A stretch of 64,000 nucleotides of DNA from Candidatus Marinacidobacterales bacterium (GTDB taxonomy: Bacteria; Acidobacteriota; Vicinamibacteria; Marinacidobacterales; SMYC01): assembly GCA_965237955.1 (NCBI GenBank), contig OZ250169.1, positions 1,472,001 through 1,536,000 on the forward strand, written 5' to 3'. Positions within the stretch are counted from its first letter, which is position 1; each line of letters starts with the position of its first letter. The notes under the pieces were generated by a model. It was not told where the DNA came from, searched no databases, and saw only the letters and a list, made by a program, of their open reading frames with translations. Both the position numbers and the translations under genes were made by a program. Of this stretch, positions 50,489 to 60,026 are shown one piece after another.

Positions 50489-50662
50489 GCCAAACGTTTG
50501 GCACTCCGCGGCATCGTTTCGGGGAGCGGCGGTACGAGAGACGTGCTTTCGGGAACGCCGCGAAAGCGCTACGGCCCCTTGTCCCGTCTGCCAAACGTTT
50601 GGCAAACCTACACCTCCGCCCCCCTGGTTGCAGCCCTTTGATGTTGTTGCCAAACGTTTGGC
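50489..50662. repeat. Three copies of the perfect palindrome GCCAAACGTTTGGC
   Basis: Copies at 50489-50502, 50590-50603 and 50649-50662. Confidence 0.9.
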
Positions 50663-50737
50663 GAGCGCGCTCCCTTCCGTGTCGTCTTCGCGAAGGGTTC
50701 AGCGATTAGCACGCCACGCCACGCTATACTCCCGGCG

Positions 50738-51544
50738 ATGGCGCTCCGCGACCACGCGATCTGGTGGCCCGGCCTTTTGACCCTGCCCGTGCTCCTCGGC
50801 CAGGCGATACAAGCTCGACGAACGACTCCCCTTTTGCCGAGCGCGCCTTCGCCGCACTCGGGAACGATCGCTCCCAAGGATCCGTCCGATGCACGTGCTC
50901 TCTCGCTCTACCTCATCGGCGAGTCCACCGTTGCCGGCGTCGGCGCGCGCACTCACGAGCACGCGCTGAGCGGCCAGCTCGCGCGTGGGCTCGCGGAGGC
51001 GCTCGCCCGCCCCGTTCGCTGGGAGGCGCTCGGTCTCATCGGTGCGCGGGCGCGTGATTGTCTCGAGCTCCAAGTCGAGCTCGAGCTCATCCCACGGCTC
51101 GAACGCGCGCCGGCGGATTTGATCGTCGTCGCCCTCGGCGTGAACGACACGACAAAGCTCACCGCCCGCGCGAAGTGGCGCGAGACCCTTTCTCAAATCG
51201 TCCGGCGCCTTCGCGAGAAAACGAGCTGTCCGATCCTGTTCACGAGTCTCCCTCCGATGGAGCACTTTCGAGCGATGCCGCAACCACTGCGCGTGATGCT
51301 TGGCGCACGCGCCCGGATGCTCGACGGCGACATCGCACGGGTCGTGAACATCAGCCCGGGAGTTCACCACCACCGTGCCGAGCTCGAGTTCGAGCCCGAC
51401 TACCTCGCGTCCGACGGATTCCACCCGTCCGAGCTCGGTTACGCTTTGTGGGGAACGCAGCTCGCCAAACACGCGGCACGGCTTGTTGCTCGCGATGGTC
51501 GCAAGGACGCTTGCCCACTACCGGGTCCTGGAGAAAATCGGTGA
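50738..51544 (+). CDS. SGNH/GDSL hydrolase
   Basis: GEST, GVND, DGFHP blocks. Confidence 0.9.
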   Translation: MALRDHAIWWPGLLTLPVLLGQAIQARRTTPLLPSAPSPHSGTIAPKDPSDARALSLYLIGESTVAGVGARTHEHALSGQLARGLAEALARPVRWEALGLIGARARDCLELQVELELIPRLERAPADLIVVALGVNDTTKLTARAKWRETLSQIVRRLREKTSCPILFTSLPPMEHFRAMPQPLRVMLGARARMLDGDIARVVNISPGVHHHRAELEFEPDYLASDGFHPSELGYALWGTQLAKHAARLVARDGRKDACPLPGPGENR

Positions 51545-51656
51545 AGGCGGTATGGGTGAACTCGACGACAGCGTCGCCGAGCCACCGCCGACGCACCTCG
51601 TCCTCGTCCAGAACTTTGACGAGGAATTGAAACGCCTCGTCCCGATTGAACAGTAA
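51495..51656 (+). pseudogene. Collapsed kinase-PD40 gene (head fused to tail)
   Basis: MVARTLAHYRVLEKIGEGGMGE directly joined to ...LVLVQNFDEELKRLVP. Confidence 0.75.
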
Positions 51657-51668
51657 GCCCAGTCAGCT

Positions 51669-52835
51669 TCAGAAAAACAAGCTCGCCGAGACGTAGACCG
51701 TGAAACCCACGGCGCCATACTCTGATGGCTGCGGCGTTTGGGGGGTGACGATGTCATCTCCGAACCCGAAGAAAAGACCGCCGGATACCGTCGCCTCGTT
51801 GCTAGCCGAGTAGGAGAAGCTCGGAGAGATCAGAACGCTACCGTCGTCGATATTCCAGAGTCCCAGCGCCGCCAGGCTCCATAGCGGGTGGAGCTGGTAG
51901 GACGCCTGGACCGCGGTCTCGTCACGGCCGAGAACTTGAAGCTCACCGCGAAGAAACGGATCTGTCTGAAACAACTCGAGGTAGTCGTCCGCGCTCGGTG
52001 CCGCCAAACCGTCGTGCTGGTACTCAACGACCACATAAAGATCCCGCCTGTTCACGTTGAACAGCCGGTCGAACCCAATCGTGCCGCGGAAAATCACGTC
52101 ACCGTCGATCTCTCGAACGACGCCTTCGCCGCGCACCGCCCAGCTCCCGACAGATCCAGCAGCCGCGAAAGCGCCGGTGATATCGCCGTAGAGCGACCCT
52201 CCCCAGCCAGAGATCTCCCAGCTCTTCCACGTCGTGAGACCGCGGCCGAGCGTGGTGAGCTCATCATCCACGTTCTCGTTTTTCGTCGGACGCACCACAA
52301 GGTCGATCTCACTCAACGGGCCCGGGGAAACCCGCACGCGGACGGCATCGACGCCCGCACGGAACTCGCGGAACGGATCCGCGGGCTTGAACGCGGAGAA
52401 CGGCTCGGCCGGCGTCAAGAAAAGCGTCGTCGCCCACGACACCGCTTGACGACCCACGGTGAGCTCGAACGATCTCGTCGGGCTCCAACCGACCTCGAGG
52501 CGATCCAATCGGTGCTGCCAGAGGAAGTGTTCTTCTTCGACGATGGTCCACTGTAAGTCGAGCCATTCGCCGCCGCTCGGAACCAATCCTACGAAGATGC
52601 CCTGCGTGTCGTTTTGGCGAACGGTCGCTACTTGCTCGTGCGCGAAGCGGAAGGAGAAGTCTCCCCACACGGGATCGCTCATCACGCGGAAGCGGTTGAA
52701 GTCGCTCAGGTTTCCGTCGATAAGCTCCGTCTCTTGACTCCAGAGGGGTACGTTTTGGTAGTAGAAGGTGACGGGTTTCGGCTGAGCGCAAAGGGGCTTG
52801 GCAGCTAGTGCGGCGAGGACAATGAGTGCTTTTAA
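51669..52835 (-). CDS. Outer-membrane beta-barrel partner of the ABC/LolA-like operon
   Basis: GRQAVSW, GVDAVR motifs; C-terminal F; start uncertain. Confidence 0.7.
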   Translation of the reverse strand, partial: LKALIVLAALAAKPLCAQPKPVTFYYQNVPLWSQETELIDGNLSDFNRFRVMSDPVWGDFSFRFAHEQVATVRQNDTQGIFVGLVPSGGEWLDLQWTIVEEEHFLWQHRLDRLEVGWSPTRSFELTVGRQAVSWATTLFLTPAEPFSAFKPADPFREFRAGVDAVRVRVSPGPLSEIDLVVRPTKNENVDDELTTLGRGLTTWKSWEISGWGGSLYGDITGAFAAAGSVGSWAVRGEGVVREIDGDVIFRGTIGFDRLFNVNRRDLYVVVEYQHDGLAAPSADDYLELFQTDPFLRGELQVLGRDETAVQASYQLHPLWSLAALGLWNIDDGSVLISPSFSYSASNEATVSGGLFFGFGDDIVTPQTPQPSEYGAVGFTVYVSASLFF

Positions 52836-52849
52836 GCAACGACGCTGCG

Positions 52850-52910
52850 CCCCCTCACCCGATGAGAATCGCCAGAGCTCGTCGGCCTCTCCCCCGGAGG
52901 GGGAGAGGGT
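52850..52910. repeat. CCCTCACCC...GGGAGAGGG-type REP-like element
   Basis: CCCCCTCACCC...CCTCTCCCCCGGAGGGGGAGAGGG in an intergenic position. Confidence 0.55.
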
Positions 52911-52930
52911 GCGTGCTACCAAGTTGTTTA

Positions 52931-53635
52931 TCAAGCCGCGCGTGACTCGTCGGACGCGATCGCGCCGTCGATGAGGCGGACGAGGCGGCGGGAGCGGTCC
53001 ATCACCTTTTTGTCGTGGGTGGCGAAGATGAATGTCGTGCCGAGCTCCTGGTTGAGCTCGGCCATCATGTCGAGAAGCGCATCGCTCGAATGCGAGTCGA
53101 GATTCGCGGTGGGCTCGTCGGCGAGCACTAGAGCCGGCTTTCCCACGACGGCGCGCACCACCGCGATGCGCTGCTGTTGGCCGCCGGAAAGTTTTCCAGG
53201 GCGACGGTCTTCGAGCCCATTCAGTCCAGTGCGTTTGAAGAGCGCACGCACCCGCTCGCGCCGCTCTTCTTCCTCGACTCCCTGCAAAAGCAGCGGGAAC
53301 TCCGCGTTCTCCATCGCTGTCAGAACCGGGAGCAAGTTGTACGCTTGAAAAACGAATCCGACGTGCTCGAGCCGGAGCCGGGCGAGCTCGATGTTCGACA
53401 TCTCGGTAAGATCGTGACCCGCAACCCACACGCGACCACTCGTGGGTCGGGTGAGACCGCCGATGAGATTGAGGAGCGTCGTCTTCCCGGAGCCGGACGG
53501 CCCGGCAAGCGCGATGAGCTCGCCTCGTTCTATTTTCATCGAGACACCTTGCACCGCTTTGACTTTCTCGGCCTCCTGCTCGAAGACCTTCGAAACTTCA
53601 CTCGTACGAACTGCAGGTGTGTTGTCTTCGCTCAT
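52931..53635 (-). CDS. LolD/MacB-type ABC ATP-binding protein
   Basis: GPSGSGKT, LSGGQQQR, DEPT. Confidence 0.95.
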   Translation of the reverse strand: MSEDNTPAVRTSEVSKVFEQEAEKVKAVQGVSMKIERGELIALAGPSGSGKTTLLNLIGGLTRPTSGRVWVAGHDLTEMSNIELARLRLEHVGFVFQAYNLLPVLTAMENAEFPLLLQGVEEEERRERVRALFKRTGLNGLEDRRPGKLSGGQQQRIAVVRAVVGKPALVLADEPTANLDSHSSDALLDMMAELNQELGTTFIFATHDKKVMDRSRRLVRLIDGAIASDESRAA

Positions 53636-53639
53636 GCGA

Positions 53640-54917
53640 TCAGCGCTCGAATTTCATAGCTTCGGTCACATCGATCCGCGCCGCGCGGTAGGCCGGGTAC
53701 AACGATGCAAGGGCTCCAATGACCACGATGAAGACGAGCGCCTGAATCACCCGGGCCACGCGAAAATACGGAACGATGACGGGCTCCATCACCACTCCGG
53801 AAAAGCTCCACTCCTCGTCCCACATTCCCGAGATGTCGAGACCCTCGCTCCAGAAGTACCACGTAATGAAGAGACCAAGGGCAATTCCGATGACACCGCT
53901 CAACGCCGTGAGGATCAGCCCTTCGATGAGGACGAGGCTCCCCGTCTGCCCCGGCGTCAAGCCGAGCGCCTGGAGCACGCCGAACTCGCGATAGCGGTGC
54001 AGCACCGACATCAGAACGGTGTTGACGATACCGAGCGCGATAATCGTGAACAGAATGCCCTGGAACAAGTAGTTGCCGAAATCGTCGATCCGCACCGCGG
54101 CGTCCAGCTCGGGCATGGCCTCGCGCCACCCCATGACGGTGAGAGCGCCCACTTCGATGGGTCCCGCGAGCTCTCGATCGAGATCCCGCCGAAGCCCTTC
54201 GACCTGACCGCTCTGCTCGACGAGAACGGCGATGTTGGTGACGTCGTTGCCGGAACGGAGCCACTCGCCTGCTGTTGTGAGCGGGATGTGAATCAGCGCC
54301 TGATCGATCTCGGGCACTCCGGTGCGAAAGATACCGACGACCCTCAAGAGCTGGCCCGCGATCTCCCCTTCGGCATCTTGAGCGGTCACGACGAATCGTG
54401 ACCCGAGTCGGAGCTCGAGGCTTTCGACGAGCCCGGCGCCGACGTAGGCGGCAAGGCGATCGCCGGATTCAAGGTAGCGCCCTTCCGAAACCTTCTCGTC
54501 GAGAATGGTGAACTCGGCTTCCGATTCGGGGCTCACACCGACGATTTGTGCGGGACGTGCGCCCGCGGCCGAGCTCGCCAGAGCTCCCAGCGTGAGCTGG
54601 GGCGTCGCGATGAGAACGCGCTCGGCAATCCCGGCCTGCGACAACGCTTCCTCGGCGGCGGCGCGTGCGTCGCCGGGCAGGCGGTCCTCGATCTTGCGGC
54701 TCGTACGGAAATTGGGGTTTTGAATCGTGATGTGTCCACCGCCCATGCGCACTGCAGATTCGATCCACGCTTCGTGGGTGCCGTCGCCGAGAGGCAACGA
54801 CATCATCAGAAGCGTGCCGCCTACGATCATCGCGAGCGACGTCAAAACCGACCGCCGCACGTGCCGGCGCAAGTTACGAACCGCGAGACGTGCGACGACG
54901 TGAAAGCGCTTGCTCAT
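53640..54917 (-). CDS. FtsX/LolE-family ABC permease
   Basis: RNLRRH.RRS, REFGVLQALG, YPAYRA. Confidence 0.92.
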   Translation of the reverse strand: MSKRFHVVARLAVRNLRRHVRRSVLTSLAMIVGGTLLMMSLPLGDGTHEAWIESAVRMGGGHITIQNPNFRTSRKIEDRLPGDARAAAEEALSQAGIAERVLIATPQLTLGALASSAAGARPAQIVGVSPESEAEFTILDEKVSEGRYLESGDRLAAYVGAGLVESLELRLGSRFVVTAQDAEGEIAGQLLRVVGIFRTGVPEIDQALIHIPLTTAGEWLRSGNDVTNIAVLVEQSGQVEGLRRDLDRELAGPIEVGALTVMGWREAMPELDAAVRIDDFGNYLFQGILFTIIALGIVNTVLMSVLHRYREFGVLQALGLTPGQTGSLVLIEGLILTALSGVIGIALGLFITWYFWSEGLDISGMWDEEWSFSGVVMEPVIVPYFRVARVIQALVFIVVIGALASLYPAYRAARIDVTEAMKFER

Positions 54918-56176
54918 AGCCCGGAAAGCGTATCCGCGGGAGGCACGCGCGCCGCCTGCGCCGCAGGATAGAGTGCGGCGACGAACGCGGTGAACAACAG
55001 CGCACCGGCTGCCCAAACTGCCATCGGTATGTTGTACTCGACGCGAAGCGTCGGGCGCATCAACGCACCGAACATCGTGAAGTCACCATAGATGAAGCTC
55101 AGATCGAGTGGTGCGTTGTGCCACCACATCATCAACGGAAAGGTGACGGCCGCGCCTACGAGCAAACTGAGGACGCCGAGAGCGAGAGCCTCGTACAGGA
55201 CCGTGAGCACGACCTGCACCGGCGTCGTCCCCAGCGCCAGCATCACCGCGAACTCGCGGCGTCTTTCGAACGTCGCCATCAACATCGAGTTGGCAACACC
55301 GAAGATCGCGATGGCGAACACGACGCCGATCACGATGAAGTACCAGGATTCGACGAGCCGGGTGTAGTCGAGCATATCCGGGCGGAGCACCGTCCATGGC
55401 ACGACTTCGACATCGAGACCAGTGGGAGCGAGTGCCTGCGCGATCCGCTCCGCCGCTTCCGGAGCGAGCCATGCATCCGTCGTCGCGGCCGCGATCTCGT
55501 GGATGCGAGAGGGCTCGAGCGCGACCAGGGTCTGGAGCGAATCAATCGGGACCAAGGCGTAGGCATTGTCGAGCTCGGTCATGCCGGAGCGATAGATACC
55601 CGCGACCCGAAAGAGGTCGTTTCCCATGGAGCCGTCCGCGGCCGGCACCACGAGCACGACTTCGTCGCCCATGCCGACTTCAAGCTGGCGCGCCATCTCG
55701 TGTCCAATCGCAATCTCGTTTCTGCCCGGGCGCGGAACTTGACCGTCCTCGATCCCAGTGAGGAGGCGACTCACGCGAGGCTCGAGCTCGACGTCGACGC
55801 CCATGATCATGGCCGCGGACGTCGATTCACCGGAGCTCACGAGGCCGCCGGCGTAGACCCGCGGTGCGGCGGCTTCGATCGCAGGATCCGAAACCACCGC
55901 TTCGAGGAGCGCGGACACGTCGGTGCCGTCGCGATCACCGATGGTGTCGTAGAGGCTTCGCTCGGGCCGGTAGTCGGCGGCGTGGACTTGCAACTGCCCC
56001 GTCAGAATGCCGGTGCCGTTTTCGACCATCTCGGCTTTGAGCCCGTCGGCCCATCCAACGATGAAGACGACGGCGAAGTACCCTGCGCCGAGACCAAGCG
56101 CGGTGATGAACGTCCGTTTGCGGTTACGGCCGAGATTCCTCCAGCCGATCCGCCACCAGGGAGACGCCGCCGCCAT
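54914..56176 (-). CDS. FtsX/LolC-family ABC permease
   Basis: WRNLGRNRKRT, ERRREFAVMLALG. Confidence 0.92.
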   Translation of the reverse strand: MAAASPWWRIGWRNLGRNRKRTFITALGLGAGYFAVVFIVGWADGLKAEMVENGTGILTGQLQVHAADYRPERSLYDTIGDRDGTDVSALLEAVVSDPAIEAAAPRVYAGGLVSSGESTSAAMIMGVDVELEPRVSRLLTGIEDGQVPRPGRNEIAIGHEMARQLEVGMGDEVVLVVPAADGSMGNDLFRVAGIYRSGMTELDNAYALVPIDSLQTLVALEPSRIHEIAAATTDAWLAPEAAERIAQALAPTGLDVEVVPWTVLRPDMLDYTRLVESWYFIVIGVVFAIAIFGVANSMLMATFERRREFAVMLALGTTPVQVVLTVLYEALALGVLSLLVGAAVTFPLMMWWHNAPLDLSFIYGDFTMFGALMRPTLRVEYNIPMAVWAAGALLFTAFVAALYPAAQAARVPPADTLSGL

Positions 56177-56181
56177 CCCCG

Positions 56182-56955
56182 CTATCGCCGCCGTTTGAGA
56201 GTCTGGAGTGAAAAGAAAGACTTGTCCAAATCGATGTCGAACTCGAGGTGGTCATAGAGCATCGTCGTACGCTCGCCCGGTTTGTCCGCCGGGCGCATGT
56301 TCATGACCGCGGGAACGATGCGGCCGCCCATCGTCCGGAACTCGCTGAACTCCAGAGTGCGTGACAGCTCCCCGTCCTCGTCGTAGTAGCGTGCCCAGAT
56401 GGGCATGTAGTCGTCTTTGCGAACTCGATACTCGATGGAGCCCCACACCACGGGAGCTTCCGGCTTGGGTGTCAGCGTGAACTCCCACACTTTGACGCCA
56501 TCGCGCTCACCTTCGAAACCGATCTCGATATCGAAGTCCTCGATGAGACGGCTTTCCTTCACGAGATCATCGTTGGTGAAATGCGACCCCATCCACGAAC
56601 CGGACATCATGGATGCGGGAATCTTGATGGTGCGATCGACTTTCGGCAGGTAGTTCCAGATGTCTTGTTCCGCTTTGAGCGTCCCGGTGCCCGCTTCCCT
56701 CGCCGGCTGCGTCACCCGGACGAGAGAGTACTCGGTGCCGAGCGACCACACGTCCATGGTGATGCTGCGATTCCAGTGCTCGGTGACGACTTCCATCGTG
56801 GCCGTGCCGCGGCTCGAATCGCCGCGCATGATGCGATCGACTCTGTCGATGATGTCGCGCGGCGTTTCCTGTGCATACGCCTGCAACGAGATGCTGACGA
56901 GTCCCGCGGCCACACCGACGGCGCCGACTAAAAAAGCCCTGAATTTTCCGTTCAT
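56182..56955 (-). CDS. LolA-like outer-membrane lipoprotein-sorting protein
   Basis: Signal peptide; WNYLP; WMGSHFTNDD. Confidence 0.88.
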   Translation of the reverse strand: MNGKFRAFLVGAVGVAAGLVSISLQAYAQETPRDIIDRVDRIMRGDSSRGTATMEVVTEHWNRSITMDVWSLGTEYSLVRVTQPAREAGTGTLKAEQDIWNYLPKVDRTIKIPASMMSGSWMGSHFTNDDLVKESRLIEDFDIEIGFEGERDGVKVWEFTLTPKPEAPVVWGSIEYRVRKDDYMPIWARYYDEDGELSRTLEFSEFRTMGGRIVPAVMNMRPADKPGERTTMLYDHLEFDIDLDKSFFSLQTLKRRR

Positions 56956-57075
56956 GCTCGACTTCCTTCAGCCAGAAGCGAGCATAGCACAGCGCTTCGG
57001 TACTCTGGCTGATGAGACGACGCCGGCGCGTCGAGCAATTTGACGGCGCCACACCATCGAGGTGTAGGATCGGCC

Positions 57076-57336
57076 ATGCCGGTGACTCGAACGCCTACGG
57101 TAACGGACACGAGCCGCGACGCGGAGAAAGTCCTTATCGAGCTCCTCAGGGCGACCCCACCGTGGCGCAAGCTACAGATGGTGGACGACTTGAATCGGTC
57201 GTTACGTCAACTCGTCTGGAGCGAGCTTGCTCGAACCCACCCCGAGCGATCGGACAAGGAGCTTCGCGTCCTGCTAGCGGAGCGACTCTATGGGGCGCAC
57301 GTTGCCGAGATACTCTCGAAGGCCCTCAGTGGCTAA
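57076..57336 (+). CDS. Small antitoxin-like protein preceding a nucleotidyltransferase
   Basis: DTSRDAE...LRATPPWRKL...LAERLYG; overlaps the next gene. Confidence 0.7.
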   Translation: MPVTRTPTVTDTSRDAEKVLIELLRATPPWRKLQMVDDLNRSLRQLVWSELARTHPERSDKELRVLLAERLYGAHVAEILSKALSG

Positions 57337-57849
57337 CGTCCCAGAGCCCGAATTCATCGCGGTCACAGTCCGTATCGCCCAGCTCCTCGAGAAGCTCGGG
57401 GTTCGGTACGCGATCGGAGGACAGTCGAGGCTGTGAGAGGGGATTTCTACGTGGCAGAAGAACATGTGACGACGGCCGTCGCTGGCGGTAAGAGTTTCAA
57501 CCTCATCGCGCTCGACCCGATATTCAAAGTCGATATCTTCGTCGCGAAAGACAAGCCCTTCGAAATCTCCCAACTCGATCGGGGCCAATCGCTAGCTGTC
57601 TCGGCCGATTCAGAAAGCTCAGCAAGAACGCTCTACGTTTCCTCCCCGGAGGACGTCGTTCTGGCGAAATTGCAGTGGTATCGCAAAGGTGGTGAGGTTT
57701 CCGATCGCCAATGGCAGGATGTTCTCGGTGTCCTCCGAGTACAAGGCTCAGCGCTCGACCGTGACTATATACAGCGCATGGCTACGCGAGTGGACGTGGC
57801 GGATCTACTCGCCCAGGCACTCAGCGAGGCCCATTCGTTAGGGTCTTGA
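57329..57849 (+). pseudogene. Nucleotidyltransferase-fold toxin-like gene with its catalytic segment deleted
   Basis: LGVRYAIGG breaks off; resumes in another frame as FYV...KVDIF...SPEDVVLAKLQW...DRQWQD. Confidence 0.7.
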
Positions 57850-58070
57850 TTCAGGTAGCCTGAGAAGAAGAGCTTGATCAAGAACAATCCAAGGATCTCA
57901 TCAACATCGAGAGGATCACGGACGCTGTAACTGACGTCACCAGCGAAAAATTGCGCGACGTAACTTGGGTCATCGTTGATCAATGAGGAGGTCAAGAGCG
58001 GCCATTGGGGCGTAGGTGGTAACGCGCTCGGTCTTGATGATGTGAAAAACATGATGGCAGGAGATTCTCA

Positions 58071-58646
58071 ATGAACTACCCAATGCACCCTGAGTTGAAG
58101 ATTGGCAACAAATTCCCGGACTTTGAATTGCCGGACCAGACCGGTACGCCGCACAAACTGTCGCATCTTTTACGCGGGTTCCCCGGCGTGCTTATTTTTG
58201 GCCGCGGCTATTATTGACCCAAAGACCGTCGTCAGTTGACGAACTACGTGACTCATCTTCAGCCGGAGATGAAAATTAACTACTGCAAACTGATCACCGT
58301 TTCGGTAGATGACAAAATGAATACCAATGAGACCCGCGACGCCCTGGCCGCCGAGTGGCCCTTTTTGATGGATCCCGACCGCCGGCTGCTCTACGAAATG
58401 CAGATGATGGATACTACCGATCCAGTACATGGCGAAGTTTACATTCCGTATTCTTTTTCTCTGGATCGGGATCGGACGATCTACAAGATCTACAACGGCT
58501 GGTATCATGTTGGACGGCCAACAATAGAAGAGATTCGCCAGGATTGGCGCGCCTTGTTGAGTCACCGCCGGGATTACGTTTATGATCCGTCCAGGGCACC
58601 AGCGCCGAAGGGAAACGCTTTCTATGATCGGCGTGATCCGGAATAG
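58071..58646 (+). CDS. Peroxiredoxin-like (AhpC/TSA redoxin) selenoprotein
   Basis: FPDFELPDQ...RGYY-TGA(58215)-PKDRRQ in frame with the 58236-58646 ORF; hairpin TCGTC-AGTT-GACGA at 58229-58242; AGGAG RBS. Confidence 0.85.
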
Positions 58647-58706
58647 GCGAACTTTTTCGATCTTTTGTTGCTCGGCGAATTTACAGAATAGCCTGGAGAT
58701 TGGGCA

Positions 58707-60026
58707 CTAGGCCATGCGAGCCCAGCGGATGAGGGTGCGGAGGTTCGGTGGCTTTCCGTGCATCAGAAGGCCGATGCGAAAGATTTTGCCCGCGAACCAA
58801 AGCGCCGCGTAGACCGACGCGACGCCGATCGCGAGTGACAGTGCTACTTGCCAAAATGGAGGCGGTGAGTTGCTCGTCAGGCGCAGAAGCATTACGAACG
58901 TGTTGACCGGCGGCAGAAAGCTCGTCACCACGGCGAGCATGGAATTGGGGTTGCGGCTGATGGGAAGCCACAGGAGCCACGGCACCATCATCACAAACGC
59001 GAGTGGCGTCATGAGCGTTTGCGCTTCGCGCAGCTCGTTGACGGCGGCGCCGACGGCCGCCATCATCGATGCGATGACGAAATACGCAATCAAGTAAGAG
59101 ATCAACATGTACACGACAAGACCGATGTCGATGGCGCCGGTGAGCGAGAACGCAACGAGCCCAACGAGTCCTGCGCCCGAATAGAGGAAGAGAACGAGAA
59201 GCCCGACGCCGAGCTGCCCTAGAATTTTTCCAGTCATGAGCTCCATCGGCGAGACGGCGGCCAGGAGCATCTCCACCACCCGACTCTGCTTCTCCTCGAT
59301 CATCGTCGTCATCAAGTACTGGCCACTCACGAGAACGGACATGAGCACGAGAGCCATGAACGTAAGCGGCAGTAGCGTATTCAAGAGCTCGAACGTCTCG
59401 CGCTCTCCGTTCTCGGTAACGGTCGTCGATCGGCGATACGGCACCCGGATCAACGCGTCGAGCTCGTCGCGATCGAGACCGCGTGCGTCGACGCGAGCGT
59501 CCACGATCGCGTCTCGAATCGCGGAATGGAGCTCGCGTTCGAGACGGTCGTCGAGCTTCTCTCGGACGAAGAGCTCGTAGCTTCCTCGTGCACCGTCGAC
59601 CGCAGCGTCGGGGATAACGGCAATCGCGAGCGGACCCGAAACCGCTCGCAGAGAAGATTTCGCCGCGTCGACGTCGCCATCGTGGAGGATGACATCGAGC
59701 TTCGGGACTTCACCGAGCACGCTCTGAACCGCCGCCTCACCCACTCGGGTCGGCATGACCTCGGCAGCATCGTCTAGAAGCTCGGCACGTTTATCGGCGA
59801 GCGCGGCCAGCCCCAAATAGTCGCGCACACCCGGATACACCAGCCCGGTAGGGTCGCTCACGAGAACTTCCCCTACGATCGGCGGTGTGGCCTCGCTCAT
59901 GAGAACCGGCATCAATACCAAGGTGACCGCGACGAGGCACGGTGTGAGGAGGATGCCGATGATGAATCCCTTCGTCAGCACCGCCGACAGAAACTCGCGG
60001 CGCGCGACGTGCACAATCCGCGTCAC
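58707..60026 (-). CDS. ABC-2 (NatB-like) permease
   Basis: ARREF, EEKQSRVVEMLL, GKILG. Confidence 0.92.
   Translation of the reverse strand: MTRIVHVARREFLSAVLTKGFIIGILLTPCLVAVTLVLMPVLMSEATPPIVGEVLVSDPTGLVYPGVRDYLGLAALADKRAELLDDAAEVMPTRVGEAAVQSVLGEVPKLDVILHDGDVDAAKSSLRAVSGPLAIAVIPDAAVDGARGSYELFVREKLDDRLERELHSAIRDAIVDARVDARGLDRDELDALIRVPYRRSTTVTENGERETFELLNTLLPLTFMALVLMSVLVSGQYLMTTMIEEKQSRVVEMLLAAVSPMELMTGKILGQLGVGLLVLFLYSGAGLVGLVAFSLTGAIDIGLVVYMLISYLIAYFVIASMMAAVGAAVNELREAQTLMTPLAFVMMVPWLLWLPISRNPNSMLAVVTSFLPPVNTFVMLLRLTSNSPPPFWQVALSLAIGVASVYAALWFAGKIFRIGLLMHGKPPNLRTLIRWARMA

Noticed and set aside
50489-50662. Mini CRISPR array
   Set aside because: Repeats are only 14 bp, spacers are unequal (87 and 45 bp) and no cas genes are present.
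52836-53429. N-terminal extension of the 51669-53429 ORF
   Set aside because: Out-of-frame overlap with the ABC ATPase and a REP-like element.
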